Assembly (NCBI GenBank): GCA_964057225.1 | Contig: OZ059899.1 | Location: forward strand, 9,238,001 to 9,302,000 | DNA length: 64,000 nt | From: Auanema rhodensis | Taxonomy: Eukaryota; Animalia; Nematoda | Reading direction: 5' to 3' | Shown here: piece by piece, positions 24,301-32,876 of the stretch | Layout of the letters: the number at the start of each line of letters is the position of its first letter | Numbering within the stretch: position 1 is the first letter of the stretch | Position numbers and translations under genes: made by a program | Notes under the pieces: generated by a model | What the model saw: only the letters and a program-made list of their open reading frames with translations | Database searches by the model: none | What the model was told of the DNA's origin: nothing

Positions 24301-27300
24301 CTCTTCTTCCCGAAGAGACAAAAAACCCTATATTCCTTCTCAAAACAAACCCCATAGTTAAAAAACTGATCAACAAAATACACAAAGATAATAATCATCA
24401 AGGCAAAAATTTCACGCTTATTCAACTCAGACAAAAGTTCTATATACCAAAAATAACCGGAGTCATTAAGCAAACATTGAAAAACTGTGTGACATGTAAA
24501 AGATTTCAATCACATCCTTATGAATTACCAGATATGCCATCGCTACCAAAAGACAGAGCAATTCTTACAAGAGCATTCTTTTCAACAGGGTGTGATCTTA
24601 TGGGCCCCTTCACCCTTCGAAATGGGTCTAAAGTCCATATTTGTCTGTTTACATGCATGACAACTAGAGCGGTTCACTTAGAGGTAGTCACCAATCAATC
24701 CACAGTTGCCTTTATGAATGCATTTAATAGATTTATTTCACGCAGAGGTACTCCAGAAATAATGCGCAGTGACTGCGCAGGAAACTTTATTCTGAGCTCA
24801 AAAATATTAGAAACCCTTGAAAAAACCTCGGATTACAATGAAAGTAGCATACTAAACACATTAGCTCAAAGAAAAATTAAATGGATATACAACACTCCGC
24901 TATCTCCTTGGAAAGGAGGTTGTTGGGAACGCTTAGTAGGTGTCACCAAATCATCCCTCAAAAAATGCTTCGTTCCTAGTCAAATGTCACTAGATGATTT
25001 ACACACAGCTATTGTAAAAATAGAAGCCATAATTAATACACGCCCACTCACTCATCCACACCCAGATAATTTAGATGCTTTACCCATAAGACCAATTGAT
25101 TTTTTAACATCAGCAATAAAGTTTTCATTACCAGAAAACAATGATAACACTCATATATTCGATATTCACAGCGATATCCAAACGATTCAATCGACAGAAC
25201 AAGCGCTAGAAGCACTTCAGTTATCAGAAGACTCAGCGTCTAAATTCTGGACACGTTTCCAGGAGGAGTATCTAACTAGTTTAAAAGACATTTTCAAACA
25301 TAAAAACAAGAGAAAAAATCACACAAATCTCTTTCCTCACAAGGATGAAATAGTAATAATACAAAACGACATGTCGCCACGAGGAACATGGAAACTAGGT
25401 CGCATTATTGAAACAATTACTAGTTCAGATGGCAACATACGTTCAGCAAAAGTTGCAACAAGCAACGGAAACATAATTACTCGATCCATCAATCAGCTCT
25501 ATCCACTAGAGATAAGATGCAACACTAGCAACAACAAAATCATAGAAGACAACTCACACATAGTCCAAGAAAATAATAGCTCAACAGATAGAATAGCACA
25601 TACTGATACCGTATTAGACAACATACACTCCGATCATCATATAGAACATACAGATGAAACAATACATGAGAACAATAACATAAATGATAGCAACCATAAT
25701 TACGATATTGCATATGAATCAGACAACTCTCAACATGATAATACATACACTCCAGAAACAGAGAATAATGAGGATGCAACAAACGATCGACCTCAAAATA
25801 AAACAAAACTATCATCAGTGAAAACAGCAAAATATACAGAACAAGATAAGGTCACTGAGAAGGAAAATATAAAAGCCTTCCCACTAAAAATGTCCTATGC
25901 CACACACCAAAGAAAAAATAAAATAAACCCAAAAATAGCAGCTGACATAATGAAAGCCCTTTCATTACCGATTATAATTACTTCGACATATGCCGAAGAA
26001 ATCAATAGTTGCAAGGACTCTAACATGTTCACCACAAAACTTATAGCGAATCCTCATTGCTCCCCAGAAATGGCAACATGGACAGTGCTAATAACCATTA
26101 TGGCAGTTACCCTCATAGTCTCTTGTCTATGCCGCATGGGCTACAGCCAATATAGATATAAGACATGGTCCAAAAACACTCAAACCATGCTCAACATCAT
26201 GAAATTAAAACATAAAACAATCTCCGAACAAGAAGATCATGAAACTGATCAAAAAATAACAGAAGACCACAATGATACGTTGCAATTAAAACAAACGAAC
26301 ACACAAGACGCTAATATTGTGGATCATGAAACCTTTCAAAAGCATATTTACCCTATTTTAAACCATACGAGAAAGCCACCAAAATTCTCTCTCTTTACTA
26401 GAGGGTCGCAAACATCTTTACCATCGTTACTGGCAATCATCTTGGCTTTATGTATTGGAAGCTGCAGTTCATGTTCCGATGTTCATGTTCAACACTTCGT
26501 TAACATACGATGCGATGACAACTTAGCTTGTTATCACGAATACAGTCAAGATATCATATTTTCTCCCGGAACAAAACAATTATGCATTACCATAACGCAT
26601 TCTAATCATGAAATTGGTCAATTTAAAATAACTAAACTATATACTGAACATGTCTGCCAAAAGAATACTAGATACTTCACTAGACAGACAACCGTCAACA
26701 TATTGAGCATATTACGATGCCGTCACCGGGGCTCGTGTGACGGAACATGTGAAACTAACTCGCTCCATAATAAAATCGAGGAACTACAACCATATACGTT
26801 CCCTTCACAATCAGGTTGCTTCACATCGTCAGCGAGATTTTACACATGTCCTATGATTTGGACAGATCCTTGTCTTTTCTACAAAATAGAGCATATACCC
26901 GTCACTGAGGAAGTATACGAAGTCTATACTTGTGATAGTTGGTCCACCCAAACCGTATTTAATATAGAAACAACATTACTCCAGCAGAAAAATAATTACA
27001 ATATCACTCTACAACCTTACACGAAAAATCGTGAACAACTTTTCAATATAACAACGTTATCACAATCACAACCTCCTCCAGAAATGTACACAAAATTATT
27101 TTTTTCCTCCAAAGAAAACACGTACATTACGGATATACACACAAAGGGAATAATTCAATGTGCAACAGAGGAAGCCGCATTAAAACATTTTAATAACTGT
27201 ACAGTATCCTCATTCTGCCCTTGCACATTCAATAGATTTGATGAAATAAAATGTAGGTGTGATACCCCTACTTTTGAAAAAATGTCCAATACATCAGACA

Positions 27301-27962
27301 TAAAATCTCCTAACCAAAACTTTAAAACTAAAGATAACACGTTATCATTCTCTACGAATTTAGACGAAAATTTAGTTACGGTCGATTCATCCCTATTCTT
27401 AAACTCAGTGATTTTCTCCAACAATTTGCCTTGCGCACCTGCCCTGACAAAACTATCAGGTTGCTACTCCTGCGGGCAGGGTGCATTCGCAGAATTCCAA
27501 TGCCTTACGGCAGAAGAAACATGGATTTCTATCGAATGTCAAAAAGAAGTATTCATGATAAAATGCTCTCCAAAAGTAGCAATCACAAAAGTAACAATGA
27601 AAAGAGAAAATTCTCAGATTGATGAATTATGCTATACCACATGCGACAATAAAAAAATTAAGATCATTATTAAAGGAATATTACATCACATAGCAAGCAT
27701 AGATGAAATAAACGAAAGTGACTCAAGTAAGGGTACAGAATCCAAATCCATTGACTTCGCTCCAATCTTCAAGTTAATTTTATCAAAGTTGGGAATCATA
27801 TTGATAGGCGTTGCAATAACCGCCACCATAGGATATGTGGCATGTACACCCATCATGTACTGTGTAGTTTTGAATACAGTCTTAACCACACAATGGATAG
27901 CTACCAGGATATTCACACTGTGGATAAAATCAAAAGCCTTATTTCGGGATCAAAGATTTTAA
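21150..27962 (+). CDS. pol: Pol-Env polyprotein frame (Zn knuckles, aspartic protease, RT, RNase H, integrase, DUF5641-type C-terminus, env); open from 21150, ORF track start 21372 is an internal TTG
   Basis: LIDEGS (21675), RLPFG, YVDN (22932-22943), FADAS/TIPRLELLA/SDS/NTADIGSRG, H-H-CVTC, D(24594)-D(24771)-E(24927), PRGTWKLGRI...RSINQLYPLE. Confidence 0.95.
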   Translation, partial: RKLRRTTENPNWPCVFCDSSEHRFYHCTTFETPEKRRHRIRGKAICWICFSEKHKSSECRKQKCRNCQGDHNSSLCSQGRKNVQNIQKDKETPTIKKDQALLITTEELLNKKTTEYKQESDTNNRIPTEALNAPVSLNHIADTHNIEESQVILRTAMANIYNHNSKKYEQVRMLIDEGSMRSFISKDLSTKLGLPILGSQKKTFYGIGALSETHEVQDVKVIIGTSSGSLIVTKLFTKPMLTTPIRCPKLSKEDLKFIKTRKIKLANPQTNGESFTPDILIGMDRYKLFMHLNEETELPSRMRLKNSVFGHMIHGEAPLPDDNTQQEVILCSTVEEITKETSHKELLTNLFELDSIGINTENANADRTIDYYEEYSKDIKIENNRIIAPFPLKNNFKNLKNNKMPAYHRFVSLWRKLLHNPEMLSHYTTTIESYLKDNIVEQIPNNHQEPLEFYMPHHGVWKPSKANPLRIVFDASAKQKDSPSLNEIIHTGRSFITYIHDIMISCRTRPILITCDIKAAFLQIQLTENHKNLCKFFWIKNKEYPISHNNIITLRFNRLPFGITASPSVLNMGIKWFLESKVDNPLAMEILNNLYVDNIILTANTTAEAIKKCKETQKLFTEINMHVREFLSNDEQVIQNLPEEDRYPNMTTKILGISFNKEHDSFIIPIKITTTHTSYTKRILLSQLHSIFDPIGLAAPLLLPLKLILREIINTKLSWDQPIESDNIKQWEQHINHINNQQLTMKRYFKFSEHKTQLWVFADASNQAMAACSYFQTNEQISSLLNGKSRVAPKNKTTIPRLELLAIRLAVRMALAIVTICPKVAKVNIVSDSNIALSWIISLKSLPLFIKNQTNIINKQLHQIKQVCCNVELHHVQTSYNTADIGSRGADIEKLQDSDWIKGPHWLTKLSAHNPLTSFGSPKNSNRNNAESESEHHNVVHIIIDNLPTDDIWNIRENYDDVIKTMTTVGKLFKKWFLKVHPNNANKLQKIKHLTSTDTNTVEDINIIEKILISNSQSNMSLDELQQRNINLKFFKDTWDIYRVRSRVQNTLLPEETKNPIFLLKTNPIVKKLINKIHKDNNHQGKNFTLIQLRQKFYIPKITGVIKQTLKNCVTCKRFQSHPYELPDMPSLPKDRAILTRAFFSTGCDLMGPFTLRNGSKVHICLFTCMTTRAVHLEVVTNQSTVAFMNAFNRFISRRGTPEIMRSDCAGNFILSSKILETLEKTSDYNESSILNTLAQRKIKWIYNTPLSPWKGGCWERLVGVTKSSLKKCFVPSQMSLDDLHTAIVKIEAIINTRPLTHPHPDNLDALPIRPIDFLTSAIKFSLPENNDNTHIFDIHSDIQTIQSTEQALEALQLSEDSASKFWTRFQEEYLTSLKDIFKHKNKRKNHTNLFPHKDEIVIIQNDMSPRGTWKLGRIIETITSSDGNIRSAKVATSNGNIITRSINQLYPLEIRCNTSNNKIIEDNSHIVQENNSSTDRIAHTDTVLDNIHSDHHIEHTDETIHENNNINDSNHNYDIAYESDNSQHDNTYTPETENNEDATNDRPQNKTKLSSVKTAKYTEQDKVTEKENIKAFPLKMSYATHQRKNKINPKIAADIMKALSLPIIITSTYAEEINSCKDSNMFTTKLIANPHCSPEMATWTVLITIMAVTLIVSCLCRMGYSQYRYKTWSKNTQTMLNIMKLKHKTISEQEDHETDQKITEDHNDTLQLKQTNTQDANIVDHETFQKHIYPILNHTRKPPKFSLFTRGSQTSLPSLLAIILALCIGSCSSCSDVHVQHFVNIRCDDNLACYHEYSQDIIFSPGTKQLCITITHSNHEIGQFKITKLYTEHVCQKNTRYFTRQTTVNILSILRCRHRGSCDGTCETNSLHNKIEELQPYTFPSQSGCFTSSARFYTCPMIWTDPCLFYKIEHIPVTEEVYEVYTCDSWSTQTVFNIETTLLQQKNNYNITLQPYTKNREQLFNITTLSQSQPPPEMYTKLFFSSKENTYITDIHTKGIIQCATEEAALKHFNNCTVSSFCPCTFNRFDEIKCRCDTPTFEKMSNTSDIKSPNQNFKTKDNTLSFSTNLDENLVTVDSSLFLNSVIFSNNLPCAPALTKLSGCYSCGQGAFAEFQCLTAEETWISIECQKEVFMIKCSPKVAITKVTMKRENSQIDELCYTTCDNKKIKIIIKGILHHIASIDEINESDSSKGTESKSIDFAPIFKLILSKLGIILIGVAITATIGYVACTPIMYCVVLNTVLTTQWIATRIFTLWIKSKALFRDQRF
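26472..27962 (+). other. env: Phlebovirus G2/Gc-like class II fusion glycoprotein domain (~496 aa) of env
   Basis: Hydrophobic signal LLAIILALCIGSCSS before CSD; Cys-rich motifs RYFTR, RCRHRGSC, CLFYK, YEVYTC.SW, LSGCYSCGQGA; C-terminal TM LGIILIGVAITATIGYVAC; family known in nematode BEL elements. Confidence 0.85.
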
Positions 27963-28266
27963 AAGCATAAGAGAAGAATTTCTTGTGGAGATTAAATTTA
28001 AAATTAAAAATTGAAATAATAATGAAACAAAAGAAAAAGAAAGCATTATGTACGAATATAACCATTGTAATAAAACAATATCATTGTTTTTCTTTCTTTT
28101 CAATTTATGGTAGTATCAAGTTTCTTTTATCCAACTCAGTTACATAACACATAACCTTTTGTACAGGCTCTAAAATTCATTGTATCTGTAACAAGATAAC
28201 CTAAACACACCATTGTACAATAAACTAATAGATGTTAATCAGCGTTTAAAGTCCAGATGTGAACAT

Positions 28267-28275
28267 GTATATAAG
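28267..28275 (+). promoter_or_regulatory. Putative internal TATA box GTATATAAG for accessory ORF
   Basis: Fits nematode extended TATA GTATAWWAG, ~35-43 nt upstream of ATG 28310. Confidence 0.4.
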
Positions 28276-28309
28276 GATGCAGCTCATGTTTCTCCTATAT
28301 TCCATGAAA

Positions 28310-28771
28310 ATGGAAGATATTGTCTCGAATATAATTGAGAATGCTTCCTTTGAGGAAGAGCTCAAAAAATATTCCCATCTACCTAACACTGCTGCCAATC
28401 TGAGGCAACTAATTGTGCTTGAAAAGAGGCTCTACGAGCACCTAGCTAGCGCGGTGAACCATCTATCCGAACGACTGGACAATATTCAACATTCGTTAAA
28501 TCTGAAACTAGACAATTTGACCATTCAGACTGCTCCTAAAGCTTCATGTGTATTCTGCAATAAACCGACAGCTGATGGGCACCGTACTGCGGCCTGTCCG
28601 ATTTATCCTTCCTCACCGGAACGCACTCTCCGTCTTCATGAACTGGGGTTATGCATCAGATGTTTGAATCAAAAACATCCAGCGATTTGCGAGGTATCCT
28701 GCTATAGATGTAAGGCGGATACGCATCATGGAGTGGTTTGTGGTGATATAAAACGTAAAAGACCTTTGTAG
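28310..28771 (+). CDS. Accessory protein downstream of env: coiled coil + triple CCHC zinc knuckle + basic C-terminus (likely start 28310 or 28304; frame open from 28259)
   Basis: CVFC-x6-H-x4-C, CIRC-x4-H-x3-C, CYRC-x4-HH-x3-C; heptad-like LASAVNHLSERLDNIQHSL; KRKRP end; AAAATG context. Confidence 0.8.
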   Translation: MEDIVSNIIENASFEEELKKYSHLPNTAANLRQLIVLEKRLYEHLASAVNHLSERLDNIQHSLNLKLDNLTIQTAPKASCVFCNKPTADGHRTAACPIYPSSPERTLRLHELGLCIRCLNQKHPAICEVSCYRCKADTHHGVVCGDIKRKRPL

Positions 28772-28801
28772 GCCTTCTTCTCATTCCCGCATTGCCGGGA
28801 G

Positions 28802-28868
28802 TGTCGCGATAAGCGAGTGAGTTTGTATAAATTTTATCTTCAACAATTGTTTTATTTGTCTCTCCTGT

Positions 28869-28910
<42 letters not shown>

Positions 28911-29160
28911 TTCTTCTTTCTTCTAACTTCCTAAGTAATTTTTATCCATACCACATGTTGTGTTATACATGTGGCATGACTAACTCTTTGTTTCAGGCTG
29001 ACGACCGCCCACGAGAAGAGACCAGTCTTACATTTTCAACGTTCGCAGTCAGTGATTTTATTCCGTGCTTGTCTTGTTAATTCATCAATAAACCCTTTTC
29101 TACATATTCGCTTTGTGTTTTACTTCCAACCATACTATACACTTGTGGTATATCGCCACA
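28802..29160 (+). repeat. 3' LTR (359 bp)
   Basis: Matches 5' LTR except (CT)16 at 28876-28907; followed by TSD. Confidence 0.97.
29087..29092 (+). promoter_or_regulatory. Polyadenylation signal AATAAA in 3' LTR (copy at 19670-19675)
   Basis: AATAAA followed by T/GT-rich sequence ~70 nt from LTR end. Confidence 0.6.
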
Positions 29161-29233
29161 CTCCTAATTTCTCTCATCACAATTGTCTTAGTTTTTTTTT
29201 CTCATAAGAGTTTCTGAAATCTTAGTTGAACAA

Positions 29234-29306
29234 GGCCGCGTGGCGCAATGGATAACGCGTCTGCCTACGGAGCAGAAGATTGTAGGTTCGAATCCTGCCG
29301 TGGTCG
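29234..29306 (+). tRNA. tRNA-Arg(ACG), 73 bp downstream of 3' LTR
   Basis: Consensus copy. Confidence 0.95.
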
Positions 29307-30613
29307 TAAATTTTTTTTATTTCACTTGTCATTCATAAAAATCGAATTTATTTTTTTCAATGATTTTTTTTTGCAATGTGTCATAAGAATTACACAGTTG
29401 AACAAAACGTTTTTTAAGAATTTTCTTTGTTGTCAACATATATATTTTCCTGGAATTCGAAAGCATTTGGGATGGAAATTAGAAAGAAAAGAACTAGTTT
29501 TTCCTACTTTAAAACAAACAATAAGAAATAAAATGAAAAAGATTGTTAGATATCCAATTTAAACTTATACATTTACTTCGATAAAGAGCCAATTAGATTG
29601 AAATTTTATGTCTTACAGTTCTCCAACAGAACAGACTGATCCTGATTTCTCTATGATTACATAAAACGATATCGAATCTAGTGATATTGTAGAGAAATGT
29701 AATGTCAGCTTCATAGCTTTTCTCTTGATTTCTCTCATCACAATTGTCTTAGTTTTTTTCTCATAAGAGTTTCTGAAATCTCAGTTAAACAAGGCCGTAT
29801 ATAATTTCCTGGAATTCGAAAGCATTTGGGATGGAATTTAGAAAAAAAAGAACTAGTTTTTCCTACTTTAAAACAAACAATAAGAAATAAAATGAAAAAG
29901 ATTGTTAGATATTCAATTTAAACTTATACATTTACTTCGATAAAGAGCCTATTAGTTTGAAATTTTATGTCTTACAGTTCTCCAACAGAACAGACTGATC
30001 CTGATTTTTCTACGATTACATAAAACTCTCGTTTGATATAAAAAAAGGAGAGGAATAACGTTTCCAGGATGTCAAGGATATCGAATCTAGTGATATTGTA
30101 GAAAAATGTAATGTCAGCTCCATAGGTTTTCACCTAACTTCTCTCATCACAATTGTTTTAGTTTTTTTTCTCATAAGAGTTTCTGAAATCTTAGGTGAAC
30201 AAGGCCGTATATAATTTCCTGGAATTCGAAAGCATTTGGGATGGAATTTAGAAAAAAAAGAACTAGTTTTTCCTACTTTAAAACAAACAATAAGAAATAA
30301 AATGAAAAAGATTGTTAGATATCCAATTTAAACTTATACATTTACTTCGATAAAGAGCCTATTAGTTTGAAATTTTATGTCTTACAGTTCTCCAACAGCA
30401 CAGACTGATCCTGATTTTTCTACGATTACATAAAACTCTCGTTTGATATAAAAAAAGGAGAGGAATAACGTTTCCAGGATGTCAAGGATATCGAATCTAG
30501 TGATATTGTAGAAAAATGTAATGTCAGCTCCATAGGTTTTCTCCTAATTTCTCTCATCACAATTGTCTTAGTTTTTTTTTCTCATAAGAGTTTCTGAAAT
30601 CTTAGTTGAACAA

Positions 30614-30686
30614 GGCCGCGTGGCGCAATGGATAACGCGTCTGCCTACGGAGCAGAAGATTGTAGGTTCGAATCCTGCCGTGGTCG
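30614..30686 (+). tRNA. tRNA-Arg(ACG)
   Basis: Consensus copy. Confidence 0.95.
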
Positions 30687-31582
30687 TAAATTTTTTTTAT
30701 TTCACTTGTCATTCATAAAAATCGAATTTATTTTTTTCAATGATTTTTTTTTGCAATGTGTCATAAGAATTACACAGTTGAACAAAACGTTTTTTAAGAA
30801 TTTTCTTTGTTGTCAACATATATATTTTCCTGGAATTCGAAAGCATTTGGGATGGAAATTAGAAAGAAAAGAACTAGTTTTTCCTACTTTAAAACAAACA
30901 ATAAGAAATAAAATGAAAAAGATTGTTAGATATCCAATTTAAACTTATACATTTACTTCGATAAAGAGCCAATTAGATTGAAATTTTATGTCTTACAGTT
31001 CTCCAACAGAACAGACTGATCCTGATTTCTCTATGATTACATAAAACGATATCGAATCTAGTGATATTGTAGAGAAATGTAATGTCAGCTTCATAGCTTT
31101 TCTCTTGATTTCTCTCATCACAATTGTCTTAGTTTTTTTCTCATAAGAGTTTCTGAAATCTCAGTTAAACAAGGCCGTATATAATTTCCTGGAATTCGAA
31201 AGCATTTGGGATGGAATTTAGAAAAAAAAGAACTAGTTTTTCCTACTTTAAAACAAACAATAAGAAATGAAATGAAAAAGATTGTTAGATATTCAATTTA
31301 AACTTATACATTTACTTCGATAAAGAGCCTATTAGTTTGAAATTTTATGTCTTACAGTTCTCCAACAGAACAGACTGATCCTGATTTTTCTACGATTACA
31401 TAAAACTCTCGTTTGATATAAAAAAAGGAGAGGAATAACGTTTCCAGGATGTCAAGGATATCGAATCTAGTGATATTGTAGAAAAATGTAATGTCAGCTC
31501 CATAGGTTTTCTCCTAATTTCTCTCAACACAATTGTCTTAGTTTTTTTTCTCATAAGAGTTTCTGAAATCTTAGTTGAACAA

Positions 31583-31655
31583 GGCCGCGTGGCGCAATGG
31601 ATAACGCGTCTGCCTACGGAGCAGAAGATTGTAGGTTCGAATCCTGCCGTGGTCG
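31583..31655 (+). tRNA. tRNA-Arg(ACG)
   Basis: Consensus copy. Confidence 0.95.
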
Positions 31656-32193
31656 TAACTTTTTTTTATTTCACTTGTCATTCATAAAAATCGAATTTAT
31701 TTTTTTCAATGATTTTTTTTTACAATGTGTCATAAGAATTACACAGTTGAACAAAACGTTTTTTAAGAATTTTCTTTGTTGTCAACATATATATTTTCCT
31801 GGAATTCGAAAGCATTTGGGATGGAAATTAGAAAGAAAAGAACTAGTTTTTCCTACTTTAAAACAAACAATAAGAAATAAAATGACAAAGATTGTTAGAT
31901 ATCCAATTTAAACTTATACATTTACTTCGATAAAGAGCCTATTAGTTTGAAATTTTATGTCTTACAGTTCTCCAACAGAACAGACTGATCCTGATTTTTC
32001 TACGATTACATAAAACTCTCGTTTGATATAAAAAAAGGAGAGGAATAACGTTTCCAGGATGTCAAGGATATCGAATCTAGTGATATTGTAGAAAAATGTA
32101 ATGTCAGCTCCATAGGTTTTCTCCTAATTTCTCTCATCACAATTGTCTTAGTTTTTTTTTCTCATAAGAGTTTCTGAAATTTTAGTTGAACAA

Positions 32194-32266
32194 GGCCGCG
32201 TGGCGCAATGGATAACGCGTCTGCCTACGGAGCAGAAGATTGTAGGTTCGAATCCTGCCGTGGTCG
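32194..32266 (+). tRNA. tRNA-Arg(ACG)
   Basis: Consensus copy. Confidence 0.95.
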
Positions 32267-32803
32267 TAAATTTTTTTTATTTCACTTGTCATTCATAAAA
32301 ATCGAATTTATTTTTTTCAATGATTTTTTTTTGCAATGTGTCATAAGAATTACACAGTTGAACAAAACGTTTTTTAAGAATTTTCTTTGTTGTCAACATA
32401 TATATTTTTCCTGGAATTCGAAAGCATTTGGGATGGAAATTAGAAAGAAAAGAACTAGTTTTTCCTACTTTAAAACAAACAATAAGAAATAAAATGAAAA
32501 AGATTGTTAGATATCCAATTTAAACTTATACATTTACTTCGATAAAGAGCCTATTAGATTGAAATTTTATGTCTTACAGTTCTCCAACAGAACAGACTGA
32601 TCCTGATTTCTCTATGATTACATAAAACTCATGTTTGATACAAAAAAAGGAGAGGAATAACGTTTCCAGGATGTCAAGGATATCGAATCTAGTGATATTA
32701 TAGAGAAATGTAATGTCAGCTTCATAGCTTTTCTCTTGATTTCTCTCATCACAATTGTCTTAGTTTTTTTCTCATAAGAGTTTCTGAAATCTCAGTTAAA
32801 CAA

Positions 32804-32876
32804 GGCCGCGTGGCGCAATGGATAACGCGTCTGCCTACGGAGCAGAAGATTGTAGGTTCGAATCCTGCCGTGGTCG
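32804..32876 (+). tRNA. tRNA-Arg(ACG)
   Basis: Consensus copy. Confidence 0.95.

Larger units (their letters stand above)
19391..29160 (+). mobile_element. Full-length BEL/Pao LTR retrotransposon / endogenous belpaovirus with env (9770 bp)
   Basis: TG...CA LTRs, 5-bp TSD CTCCT (19386-19390, 29161-29165), PBS, domain order gag-triple Zn knuckle-PR-RT(YVDN)-RNaseH-IN-env typical of nematode BEL/Pao (Cer7/Cer13-like) elements. Confidence 0.97.

Noticed and set aside
24771-24929. Integrase D-E spacing of 51 rather than 35; YVDN instead of YxDD
   Set aside because: Both are normal variants for BEL/Pao elements, not defects
19660-27916. Short minus-strand and alternate-frame ORFs within the element
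   Set aside because: Shadows of the A/C-rich gag-pol-env frame with no recognisable motifs
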